Source: Nitrospirales bacterium | GTDB lineage: Bacteria; Nitrospirota; Nitrospiria; Nitrospirales; UBA8639 | Length of the DNA: 64,000 bases | Assembly: GCA_965203295.1 (NCBI GenBank) | Contig: CBDBCZ010000019.1 | Span: 544,001 to 608,000, forward strand | Direction: 5' to 3' | In this document: piece after piece, positions 19,071 through 28,191 of the stretch | Layout: every line of letters starts with the position of its first letter | Position numbering within the stretch: the stretch's first letter is position 1 | Made by a program: the position numbers and the translations under genes | The notes under the pieces: model-generated | What the model was told of the DNA's origin: nothing | The model's database searches: none | What the model saw: the letters and a program-made list of their open reading frames with translations, nothing else

Positions 19071-20162
19071 TCATGAGTGGGTTGGATAGGAACCCAGGAT
19101 TTTTAAGAATAAACAACGCCCTTTTATTTCTTCAAGCGCCTTGCGAATTCGGTCTTCTTCGCTATGCCCTTCAACGTCGACGAAGAAGATGTACTCCCAA
19201 GCTTTTCGGCGAGAAGGGCGCGACTCGATTTTGGTCATGTTCACTCCGTGAGACGCGAAAGGACGGAGAAGGTCGTACAGGGCTCCGGCTTTATCCTTGA
19301 CCGACAACATGATAGAAGTTTTATCCTTACCGGTCCGTTCAGATGAATAACGAGAAAGGATCAAGAAGCGCGTGAAATTATTGATGTTGTCCTCTATATG
19401 GGACTTAAGAATCGGCAAACCATAGAGTTGGGCCGCAAGGTCTGATGCAATGGCAGCGGCATCAGGTTCCTCAGTACAGATTTCTGCGGCTTTTGCGGTG
19501 CTGGGAGTTTCAGCAATCGTGATATTAGGGAGATTGGACTCTAACCAGTTTCGGCATTGGGCTATCGCATGAGGATGGGAGTAGATTTTATTAATGGTGT
19601 CAAGCTTGTGGCTTTTCGACATGAGATGGTGGGAGACCTCTTGCATGACCTCCCCATATATTAAGAGGTTGGAATCGATAAACATATCCAGTGTGTAATT
19701 CACAACCCCTTCAGTAGAATTTTCGATTGGTACGACCCCAAAGAGTGCGCGTCCCCGTTCCACTTCATCAAAGACATCTTTGATACCGTTCACCGGAACG
19801 CAATGGGCCGATTCTCCAAATTTTCGGAGGGCAGCTAAGTGGGTAAAGGTGGCTGAAGGCCCAAGGTACGCAACCGTTTGGAGTCCCTCAAGAGAGAGAG
19901 AGGCTGACATGATTTCCCGATAGACTGGTCGAATTGCAGTATTGGGGAAAGGTCCAGGATTTTTTTCAGTGAGCCTTTCAAGAATCGCGGTTTCCCGACC
20001 AGGAGTATGCAAGGGGGCGTTGGCGTTCGATTCCTTCTTCGCATGCCCAATGGCGATGACGTGTTTCGAACGTTCGTTGAGCAAACGAAGGATCTCATCG
20101 TCTAGCCGGTCAATCTCTTTTCGGGATTCATCGATTTTTGATCGGTCAGTCATAGGAGTCAC
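19071..20162 (-). CDS. pheA: Chorismate mutase/prephenate dehydratase (P-protein)
   Basis: N-terminal chorismate mutase, YLGP, PIENSTEG, NFTRF, KIESRPS ACT domain; ATG at 20153 may be the real start. Confidence 0.97.
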   Translation of the reverse strand: MTPMTDRSKIDESRKEIDRLDDEILRLLNERSKHVIAIGHAKKESNANAPLHTPGRETAILERLTEKNPGPFPNTAIRPVYREIMSASLSLEGLQTVAYLGPSATFTHLAALRKFGESAHCVPVNGIKDVFDEVERGRALFGVVPIENSTEGVVNYTLDMFIDSNLLIYGEVMQEVSHHLMSKSHKLDTINKIYSHPHAIAQCRNWLESNLPNITIAETPSTAKAAEICTEEPDAAAIASDLAAQLYGLPILKSHIEDNINNFTRFLILSRYSSERTGKDKTSIMLSVKDKAGALYDLLRPFASHGVNMTKIESRPSRRKAWEYIFFVDVEGHSEEDRIRKALEEIKGRCLFLKILGSYPTHS

Positions 20163-20329
20163 TTACAGTATTGATTCATCAATGGTCAACCTTAATGGTC
20201 AACATTACAGCATACGCGGAAAGTCGATTCAATTCAAGGACATAGGAGGAGTGGGTAGTGATCGTTTTTGATTTTAAGTTGGGTAATTTTGAATATTGAA
20301 ATTAAAATAATCGACGACAGATCTATCTC

Positions 20330-20585
20330 ATGAAATTAGTTCCTATTGAGTGGGTTGATTCGCATTCTGGAAGAGGATGTCATAACGTCAAGCAAATTGA
20401 GCAGGGCGGCCGAACCTCTCTATTGTCGCTCCGTAGAATGACTTGTTTCTGAAAGAAACAATTTTAATGTGCTTGTTCCTCATATCGGTGGCGAGAAAAA
20501 TGGGGATGTATTTTTCCAAGGCTGTGGGTATATCACTATCCCCAAAGCCTCAATTGTAAAAATGAAAGTTCTCAGGCAGCGTTGA
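20330..20585 (+). pseudogene. Small phage-like hypothetical protein, broken
   Basis: Not in ORF track. MKLVPIEWVDSHSGRG...EQ/AAEPLYCRSVE*LVSE...VLVPH...GYITIPKASIVKMKVLRQR with one frameshift near 20405 and one TGA; resembles a mobile-element family (LV.IEW.DS...C.SVGWL...IPK..I). Confidence 0.55.
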
Positions 20586-20735
20586 TTATTTCACGCCCTT
20601 GCCTGGCAGGGGAACCCTCTCAACAACCGTGGTATCCGGTCGCCTTCTTGCCTCCTCGACAGGAATGAACTGCCCATTTCTGGCATCCCGCCCTTTGAGG
20701 CTGGTTTGTGGTGATTTTTGTGGTTTTTTAGGCAT
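20586..20735 (-). CDS. Small basic protein with GRDAxxGQFI motif (49 aa, or 60 aa from 20768)
   Basis: MPKKPQKSPQTSLKGRDARNGQFIPVEEARRRPDTTVVERVPLPGKGVK; SD-like sequence before both candidate starts; directly downstream of fic. Confidence 0.7.
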   Translation of the reverse strand: MPKKPQKSPQTSLKGRDARNGQFIPVEEARRRPDTTVVERVPLPGKGVK

Positions 20736-20800
20736 ACCTTCACCCCTTTCCTTTGGACTTATTACCATTTACTTCGCTCCTCCTCTCTGTGGCTTTTTCC

Positions 20801-21994
20801 CTAATGCAAAAACGATAGCATCTTAGCCTTCGGAAGTTGCTTCGTCCTCTTAAAAAACTCGGTTTCAGTAATTTCCGTTGGCCATTGGAGCCTCACTGCC
20901 ATCTTAAACTTGTCCTCTTCGATTTTTTCAATTGTTATAGCACCTAGTTGGTCTAAGCTAAGAATATCTCGGATCATGGCTTTCATTGGATTCTTTAAGC
21001 GCATATATTTAGGGCTCATAGTATAGGACAGCTTTGTCCATTCCATAGAGTCATCTGGCTGATCTAGTAGGCAGTTAAGAATATCAAGCTGACGTTGGGC
21101 GATCACATGCTTACGTGGTGTTTTTAGTCGCCCAAAGAGTTGAAGCGCTAGATTTCGGAACAGTTCTTTTGAAATATGGTGCTGGATTTCAGTCAGTAAT
21201 CTACGACTTTGGGTAGTTATACCCTTAAGAGCGAATTGCATAAATGGCGTCAGGTCGTAGCTTCTCTTGCGCACCTCAGAAAGGGTGGCAAGATAGGCAG
21301 ATTTTTCTTCGTAATAATAATTTGACATTGCGATGAATGAAGTAGACCGAAGTCCAGCCCGTTGTAACAGTAAAGCCTCTAGCGCACGAGCCGTTCTTCC
21401 ATTGCCATCCAGGAATGGGTGCATCGCCGCCAGATGATAGTGTGCCGCAAGTGCTTGCAGTATAGCATCATGTTCAGGATACTGACGTTGAAGCATTTGA
21501 GCGAACTCGGCGAAGACGACTTCACACTCCTTGCCACCTTCTACCCCACGATGTCGAGGATTTCCGAAGTTTACATTTTGGTCTTGACGCCGAATTCTTC
21601 CAGGTGGGCAATGATCATCATCAGCTCCCGTTACAATATAAGAGTGAATGTCGCAGATTAATCCACTGTCTATAGGTCTATCGTTGGGGATGGTTGTGAT
21701 CCAACGATAGGTCCGCATGGCTGCGTGTGCTTGCTTTTGCGAACGTGTCAACAGCTGCTCGGAAGTTTCTTTTAGTGCGACATCTAATTCTTTTTCAGTG
21801 AATTCGGCCCCCTCAATCCGTGAGGTTCCTGCTACTTCTCGCTTTAATTCAATTTGCTGTAAAACCTCAACCCAATGGCGTTGATAAGGAATCGTCTGAA
21901 GAGAGAGTACGCCAGCTTTAGCCTCAGCGAGCCCATTCACGATCGACTCAGGCTGATATTTAATCCAGTTTTTTGGGATCTCATAGGTGACCAT
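20801..21994 (-). CDS. Fic-domain protein (class II, internal inhibitory helix) with C-terminal winged-helix-like region
   Basis: Canonical HPFLDGNGRTAR; inhibitory TSRIEG (S/TxxxEG) N-terminal to the core. Confidence 0.9.
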   Translation of the reverse strand: MVTYEIPKNWIKYQPESIVNGLAEAKAGVLSLQTIPYQRHWVEVLQQIELKREVAGTSRIEGAEFTEKELDVALKETSEQLLTRSQKQAHAAMRTYRWITTIPNDRPIDSGLICDIHSYIVTGADDDHCPPGRIRRQDQNVNFGNPRHRGVEGGKECEVVFAEFAQMLQRQYPEHDAILQALAAHYHLAAMHPFLDGNGRTARALEALLLQRAGLRSTSFIAMSNYYYEEKSAYLATLSEVRKRSYDLTPFMQFALKGITTQSRRLLTEIQHHISKELFRNLALQLFGRLKTPRKHVIAQRQLDILNCLLDQPDDSMEWTKLSYTMSPKYMRLKNPMKAMIRDILSLDQLGAITIEKIEEDKFKMAVRLQWPTEITETEFFKRTKQLPKAKMLSFLH

Positions 21995-22464
21995 GTGAAT
22001 AACAATAATCTTATTTCATTTCCATGTCAAATAATTTATATTTTTTATAAGTTACTGATAATATTAAAAATAATATACATTATTTTATAAATAAATAAAT
22101 CAATATGATTTAAAAATTTCCATTATATTTATATCTGGTTTCTTCGTTATAGCCATTGCTTATTCTGGCAGTCGAAAGAGGGATGATTTTTGCAAGTTAC
22201 GCAGTAGTCCAGCGTCACGGCCTCAAAATTGCGTTTAAGCGGAAATCTTGAACCAGCTGGAAGTTGAGCAAAGCAGTCATCATCACTATCGATGAGCTGT
22301 TAGATCGAATAGACGCGGTCTGATTATCATGCAAACGAGATGTGCTAGAAGAGGTTTCTCTAGCAAAAAATCTTGCGTCTCTGGAGAATGAGTCAACCTT
22401 CTGATTTTTGTAGTTGTCAGAAATTCAACGTTTTGTGGATAATGGCCTAGAGGTCAACAATTGT

Positions 22465-23934
22465 ATGCCAAGCTTAGAAGAACTTCCATTCGATAACACC
22501 TATTCCAAATTGCCAGAAATTTTCTATCAACGGGTGAAGCCAACGCCTTTTGAGAAGCCGTTCGTTGTGAGTTTTAATCCGGCAGGAGCTGCGCTCATCA
22601 ATCTTCATCTGGATGAAGTGAAACGGCCAGAGTTCGTCGAGTATTTTTGCGGGGCTCGTCTATTCCCGGGAAGTGAACCACTCGCCATGCTGTATTCAGG
22701 TCATCAGTTTGGTCATTATGTGCCTCAGCTTGGCGATGGACGAGCCATTTTGCTGGGAGAGGTACGTAATCACTCAGGGGAAAAATGGGACTTACATCTT
22801 AAGGGCGCAGGGCTGACGAGGTACTCACGAGATGGAGATGGTCGGGCAGTTCTCCGGTCATCCATTCGGGAATATCTGTGTGGTGAAGCGTTGCATGGGT
22901 TAGGTATTCCCACAACACGGGCTTTGTGCATTATCGGAAGTGAAGAACTTGTCTATCGTGAATTTCCAGAAGCAGGGGCTATGTTGGTTCGTATGGCTCC
23001 TAGTCATGTGCGGTTTGGGACTTTTGAAGTCTTCTTTTATCGCCAGCAACATGAGCATCTCAAAATTCTAGCGGATTATGTGATTGATGAGCATTTTCCA
23101 CATCTGACCAATGATTCCGATAAATACGCGCGGTTTTTGAGCGAAGTCGCTGATCGGACGGGTCGGTTGATTGCCCAATGGCAGGCTGTCGGTTGGTCTC
23201 ATGGGGTGATGAATACCGACAACATGTCGATACTGGGATTGACCTTGGATTATGGACCATTCGGGTTTATGGATGATTTTAATCCCGGTTTTATTTGTAA
23301 CCATTCCGATCGCCATGGTCGGTATTCCTTTCAAAATCAACCGGATATCGCATTTTGGAATATCCGATGCCTCGCTCAAGCGTTGTCACCGCTAGTGTCA
23401 ACTGCTGATGGACATCAGGCGCCGGCATTGTATGAAGTGACGATGGTTCATCACTATGCTGACTTGATGCGAAAGAAATTAGGCCTACAGGAATCTCACG
23501 CAAGCGATGATACATTAACCACCGACCTCCTCCGCCTTCTGCATGCAAATCGTGTAGACTATACAATTTTCTTCCGTGCCCTCGGTGACTTTTGGCAAGA
23601 GAGGGGAGAAGCCAATGCCCCGATTCATGATCTGTTCATTGATCGTGAAGGCTTCGATCGATGGGCTGATCGCTATCGTGCTCGGCTGCACGCGGAAGAG
23701 AGTCACGATGCGGATCGTAAGCCGCGGATGAATCAATGCAACCCCAAATATGTCCTTCGGAATCATTTGGCTCAGACGGCGATTCACCAAGCGACCCAAG
23801 AGAATGACTATTCGGAGATTGATCGCCTTCTTCATCTGCTTCGAGACCCCTTTGCCGATCATGTGGACATGGAAGAATATGCCGCGCCTCCGCCGGATTG
23901 GGGAAAGCATATTGTTGTCAGCTGTTCCTCGTAG
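22465..23934 (+). CDS. selO: Protein adenylyltransferase SelO (YdiU)
   Basis: YSGHQFG, QLGDGRA, LKGAGLTRYSRDGDGRAVLRSSIRE, HGVMNTDN, DYGPFGF, C-terminal VSCSS; ATG 22465 preferred. Confidence 0.97.
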   Translation: MPSLEELPFDNTYSKLPEIFYQRVKPTPFEKPFVVSFNPAGAALINLHLDEVKRPEFVEYFCGARLFPGSEPLAMLYSGHQFGHYVPQLGDGRAILLGEVRNHSGEKWDLHLKGAGLTRYSRDGDGRAVLRSSIREYLCGEALHGLGIPTTRALCIIGSEELVYREFPEAGAMLVRMAPSHVRFGTFEVFFYRQQHEHLKILADYVIDEHFPHLTNDSDKYARFLSEVADRTGRLIAQWQAVGWSHGVMNTDNMSILGLTLDYGPFGFMDDFNPGFICNHSDRHGRYSFQNQPDIAFWNIRCLAQALSPLVSTADGHQAPALYEVTMVHHYADLMRKKLGLQESHASDDTLTTDLLRLLHANRVDYTIFFRALGDFWQERGEANAPIHDLFIDREGFDRWADRYRARLHAEESHDADRKPRMNQCNPKYVLRNHLAQTAIHQATQENDYSEIDRLLHLLRDPFADHVDMEEYAAPPPDWGKHIVVSCSS

Positions 23935-23966
23935 TCCTTCTTTAGGTCGATTGGTGCTTCTTACTC

Positions 23967-24656
23967 ATGCGAGCCATTCTCCTTCTTCTCATCGTAATGG
24001 CTGTCTTGCTCGGTCCACAATTGTGGACCCGGCGGGTGTTTGCCCAATATCGACATCATCGAGACGACTACCCGGGGACTGGGAGTGAACTCGCCAGGCA
24101 TTTGCTCGATCGTTTTAATCTCGCCCACGTCAAAGTCGAAACCACGGAACTAAAGGATCATTATGATCCTTTAGACAAAGTCGTACGTCTGCTTCCCGAC
24201 AACTACAATGGGAAAACGCTGACCGCCATTACCGTGGCAGCCTATGAGGTTGGACATGCGTTACAGGATCAAGCGGGCTATCCTCCGCTGAGAGAACGCA
24301 CCCGTCTCGTTCGCTGGGCTCAGGGCGCTGAAAAGATGGGATCGTTTGTCATGATCGGAATTCCTATTGTGGCGGCCATCACTCGTGCTCCAGCAGCAGG
24401 ATTGCTTGTCCTCATAGCAGGGTTAGCGATCATGTCCGTGGGTGCTTTGGTGCATTTTATCACCCTTCCCGTTGAGTGGGATGCGAGCTTTCGCCGGGCA
24501 TTACCGGTTTTGCAACAAGGGCATTACATTTTGTCCAAAGATAAAGATATGGAAGGCGCACACCGTATTCTGACAGCAGCGGCGCTCACCTATGTTGCGG
24601 CCTCTCTTGGAGGACTCTTGAACGTGTGGCGGTGGATCACCCTGTTGCGGCGTTGA
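23967..24656 (+). CDS. YugP-like neutral zinc metallopeptidase with HExxH changed to YExxH
   Basis: DHYDP, AAYEVGHALQD, TLPVEWDAS, LTAAALTYVA. Confidence 0.85.
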   Translation: MRAILLLLIVMAVLLGPQLWTRRVFAQYRHHRDDYPGTGSELARHLLDRFNLAHVKVETTELKDHYDPLDKVVRLLPDNYNGKTLTAITVAAYEVGHALQDQAGYPPLRERTRLVRWAQGAEKMGSFVMIGIPIVAAITRAPAAGLLVLIAGLAIMSVGALVHFITLPVEWDASFRRALPVLQQGHYILSKDKDMEGAHRILTAAALTYVAASLGGLLNVWRWITLLRR

Positions 24657-24715
24657 GATGAAGATGTCGGGAAGTTGGGTAGTTCTTCAAACCTGCTTTA
24701 CAAGTCTTTCAAAGT

Positions 24716-24793
24716 GCCGAGTTTCGCCCCGGCGGACGAGGTCCTTTTGTTTCGGCAAAAGGACCAACAACCATGTCCGCCCGGCGTAGCCCT
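24716..24793 (+). repeat. Structured repeat family 1, copy B (5' part only)
   Basis: GCCGAGTTTCGCCCCGGC..GGTCCTTTTG-TTTCGG-CAAAAGGACC..CCGCCCGGCGT, cut off at the MITE. Confidence 0.85.
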
Positions 24794-24919
24794 AAAAGGA
24801 TGTTGAAAAAGTTCACCAGCGGCGTTCTCGTTGCTCAAAAGCCTCAACGTACTTTCCTGTACGCCTCGACCTTCTCACTGCTTGCGGCCTTGCTGAGTAA
24901 AATTTTTGAACATCCTTTT
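24794..24919. mobile_element. MITE-like element (family 2) with 17-bp terminal inverted repeats
   Basis: AAAAGGATGTTGAAAAA (24794-24810) and TTTTTGAACATCCTTTT (24903-24919), one mismatch; no ORF inside. Confidence 0.75.
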
Positions 24920-24997
24920 CTAGCTTAGGAAAATCTTGGCTAAGCCAAAAGCGGGAAAGCATAAGAACCATGTGGTTAAAATAATGAGGGAAAACTG

Positions 24998-25240
24998 ATG
25001 AAGAAATTCAGGGCAATTTTATTTCTAGTAGTTCTGGTTTTGCTGCTTATTGTGATGGGAGGTTGTGTTGGCGAAAGTCCCGAGAGTCTCTTTGAAACCG
25101 CGCAGTTTGAGGAAAAGCAGACAAATTTTGAACATGCGAGACAATTGTATGAGCAGATTATTCGGGATCACCCAGATTCCGAATGGGTGAAAAAAGCCAA
25201 AGAGCGGTTAGAGGCGTTGAGTAAATCTGTGGGGCCTTAA
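24998..25240 (+). CDS. Small TPR-like lipoprotein
   Basis: Signal peptide ending MGGC; LFETAQFEE...ARQLYEQIIRDHPDSEW. Confidence 0.75.
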   Translation: MKKFRAILFLVVLVLLLIVMGGCVGESPESLFETAQFEEKQTNFEHARQLYEQIIRDHPDSEWVKKAKERLEALSKSVGP

Positions 25241-25252
25241 GGTTAGAAAAAA

Positions 25253-25315
25253 GAGACAGGCCTTGTATTTTCATATTCGAGGGACACAGAGTCAAATTAG
25301 GGTCAGACTCGAATT
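25253..25315. repeat. Cluster of short REP-like motifs
   Basis: GAGACAGGCCTTGTATT, GGGACACAGAGTCAAATT, GGGTCAGACTCGAATT; the last recurs exactly at 50711-50726. Confidence 0.5.
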
Positions 25316-25342
25316 TTGATCTTAGCTATTGCTAATTTCTTT

Positions 25343-25648
25343 TTACTCTGAAAGTTTACGGAGCGCTGCCTCAGCCGGGGTCTCTAGCTTCTTTGTTTGA
25401 TTACAGGATCGACAGGCGGTGACCACGTTTCCCCTGGTCGATTTCCCTCCGCGCGCTAGCGGAACGATGTGATCCATTGATAATTCGGTTAGTGGTACTT
25501 TTTGACCACAGTAGTGGCAGATGCCACGAGAAATCTGGTTTTTCCACCATTGGCTTTGCTTCAGCTTTCTTGCTTTTTCCCGTTCAAGCCGAATGCTTTT
25601 GGCGGTTTCGGGATCAGGGTCGATTTCGAAGTAGGGTTCGGGGCACAC
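25343..25648 (-). CDS. HNH endonuclease family protein
   Basis: CHYC, MDHIVPLARGGKSTRGNVVTACRSCN. Confidence 0.9.
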   Translation of the reverse strand: MCPEPYFEIDPDPETAKSIRLEREKARKLKQSQWWKNQISRGICHYCGQKVPLTELSMDHIVPLARGGKSTRGNVVTACRSCNQTKKLETPAEAALRKLSE

Positions 25649-25666
25649 GGATTCTACCTCCCCTTG

Positions 25667-25687
25667 CCCCTCCTTACAAAGGAGGGG
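25667..25687. repeat. REP-like hairpin
   Basis: CCCCTCCTT-ACA-AAGGAGGGG perfect 9-bp stem. Confidence 0.6.
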
Positions 25688-25709
25688 ATACGGAAAAGAT
25701 CTTATTCAT

Positions 25710-25972
25710 GCCGGGTTTCGTCCCGGCTTATTAGGCAGATAGGGTTCAAAAGTAATATCTCCTGGGTTTAATCTGCCTTCTGTGTGGCCGAGAAGCTTTA
25801 TAAAGGTCCTTTTGTTTCGGCAAAAGGACCCCAAACCATTCCCGCCCGGCGTGGTCCTTTGGATCTCCTGCGAGGCTCGCCGAATCCGGCGGCTGCGCAA
25901 CTCGCTTCGCTCAAACAGTGCTCGCCGTTGTTCCGGATTCGGCTGTGCTTCTCGGCCACGCCAAAGGCGGGC
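25710..25972 (+). repeat. Structured repeat family 1, copy C (with ~76-bp insertion)
   Basis: Same stems as A/B/D; extra sequence at 25728-25803 between hairpins 1 and 2. Confidence 0.9.
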
Positions 25973-26033
25973 AATCATTAGATGAGTTGAAGCATGAGTT
26001 TAGAAACCAATAGGGAGATTGTGAAGAAAGGTG

Positions 26034-26822
26034 TTAATCTAAAGCAAGCGTGAGGCATTTGGCTGACCCACCGGCTTTGAGGAATTGGTCGAGTTCAACC
26101 GGGTGAGGGATGTAGCCTCGGTCTTTGAGCATGGCCATGGTCTCGGTGCATTTATCTGGTAGAACGACGTGTTTGCCCACACAGACGGCATTGCACGCAA
26201 AACGTTCAGGGACTACTAATCGGCGTTCTTCTTCAACTCTGTTCGCAATCGTGGTTTGAGCGTAGGAGTCGAATGCGGAAGGATAGTAAAGCAATTCTCC
26301 ACCGCTCAACGGGCAGAAGCATGTATCGAGATGATAAAAATGTGCGGACAAGAGTTCAAGGGGAAGAATGGCTTTTCCATATATCTCGCTGAGTCGAAGG
26401 TATGAACGGATATCGCTTCGTTGTCGATACCCACCGAACCATGTGTCTGGAAAACCGAAAAGATCTCCGGCTCCTTCAAAGTAGCAGTCTTTGTCCAAAA
26501 AAATGAGTTGGTAGCCCTTTTCGGTAAACCACCGTTCAAAATGTTGTTCTTCCCGTTGCCGTTCCGGATGGCGGAATCGACTCGGAACCACCTTCCCTTC
26601 GAATACCACACCGGCGTTGGCGGTGAAGACAAGATCGGGCAATCCCGATACTGGAGTCATTCGCTCCAATTTGGCTCCGACTTCTTCTTTCAGGACTCGC
26701 GTCAGTCCACGCCACTGAGCTCGAGCTTGTTTGGGATCGACGGCGTTGGATACCCGCATCCATGGGTTGATTTCATATTCGATCCCGAAATAATCCGGTG
26801 AACAAACAAGAAGCCGTCCCAT
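26034..26822 (-). CDS. Amidinotransferase-superfamily enzyme, ArgZ/AgrE-like arginine dihydrolase domain
   Basis: YEINPWM, PDLVFTANAG, FEGAGD, FYHLDTCFCPL, GGSAKCLTL. Confidence 0.85.
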   Translation of the reverse strand: MGRLLVCSPDYFGIEYEINPWMRVSNAVDPKQARAQWRGLTRVLKEEVGAKLERMTPVSGLPDLVFTANAGVVFEGKVVPSRFRHPERQREEQHFERWFTEKGYQLIFLDKDCYFEGAGDLFGFPDTWFGGYRQRSDIRSYLRLSEIYGKAILPLELLSAHFYHLDTCFCPLSGGELLYYPSAFDSYAQTTIANRVEEERRLVVPERFACNAVCVGKHVVLPDKCTETMAMLKDRGYIPHPVELDQFLKAGGSAKCLTLALD

Positions 26823-26825
26823 TAG

Positions 26826-28072
26826 TTACCCCTTCCACCCAAGTTCTCGGGCGACTTGGCGGAGAAACGATGAAGAATCCATGACTAACCCTACAGCTTG
26901 AAAACTCCCACGGTCACTCAGTTTAGTTGGGACCGCAGGATTAATGTCCACACAGACGCTAGGCACGTTTGTCGGAAGAAGGTTCCCAGTTGCGATCGCG
27001 TGAAGAGTTGTCGCCACCAGGAGCGCGAGCCCCACTCCGGGCAAAGCCTTCCGCATGGCCGCTTGAGCTTGCAGGCTGTCGGTGATGACTTCCGGGAGGG
27101 GGCCATCATCACGAATACTACCGGCCAGCACCATTTCAACATTGTGGCGGATACAAGCAGCCATGATTCCATCTGTGATGATTCCGGATTCTACTGCTTG
27201 CTGAATGCTCCATTCGGCTCGAATACGGTAATGGTGCGCAAATGGTGTTCGTGCCCGTGAGGTACAGAGCAGCCTGCGCGCAAGCCGAATCCAAGAGATG
27301 TCCCAAACAAGCTCGCTTCCATATCGTGAGCGGCTAAAGCATTCCCGCAGAATAAGGTATGAATGTACCCTTCCTGAATGAGCCATGAGACGGCTTCCCG
27401 GCCATCAGAATGGACAATGGCTGGACCTCCAACTAAAAGAACTTTGTCCCCAAGGTTTGCATCGCGGTGTGATATTCGGTTGTCTCGAATAGCCGCCATT
27501 CTTCGAGCCACATCTATAATGATAGGTTGATGTGGCCATTCCGAAGACACCTGAGCTTCCATAAACCCAAAGACGTCTCGCTCTTTGGGTCGTTCCAGCG
27601 GAAAAACTCGAACACCTGTTCTCCCGACGACGATCAGGTCGCCACGCTTCACTTCTGCCATGGGAATCGTTTGAGCTGTGGGTGGATTAAGTGTGATGAG
27701 GATGGCGAGGTCCATTTCGATGGACTCAACGTCTATCCATTGATCATGCAATCGAACCTGTGTCGGAAGATGAGACGTGGCGTAAAAATTGTTCGGCAGT
27801 ACTCCGTCACGTGGGGTCGGTTCAAAGAGGCAGTCGGCAATCTGTTCAACACGGGCACCGTTCGACTGTATCGTTCGAAGAATGTCTTCCAGAAGTTTTT
27901 GTGTCTCCGCCTGGACTCGAATTTTCGCTCTGGATGATTCTTCTCTGGTTTCGCCTATTTTTACCTCAGTGAGGTCGAAGGTTCCCCCCATTTGGAGGAT
28001 GGTATCCAAAACCTTCGCTAAAATGAGCGAGTCGATGATGTGGCCTTCTAGGGTGACGATTTCTGAATTCAT
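26826..28072 (-). pseudogene. TIGR00300 / LOR-SDH family ornithine cyclodeaminase, frameshifted
   Basis: LEGHIIDS, GGPAIVH, GNALAAHD, LAGSIRDDGPLP, KLSDRGS; one base lost near 27229 (HLRTI/RIRAE). Confidence 0.85.
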
Positions 28073-28191
28073 AAATTCATCATACCATAGGAGATCCGGT
28101 CTCTATCTTTATGGATCGGTTTTCCTATGCGAAGAGCTAAGATTTATAGAAAATCCTGGTCGGTACGGAGATGGAGTGGTATACTTAAACT

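Noticed and set aside
22216..22323. Possible gene tail (HGLKIAFKRKS*TSWKLSKAVIITIDELLDRIDAV*) at the edge of the Fic islet
   Set aside because: Too short, and I cannot assign it to a family.
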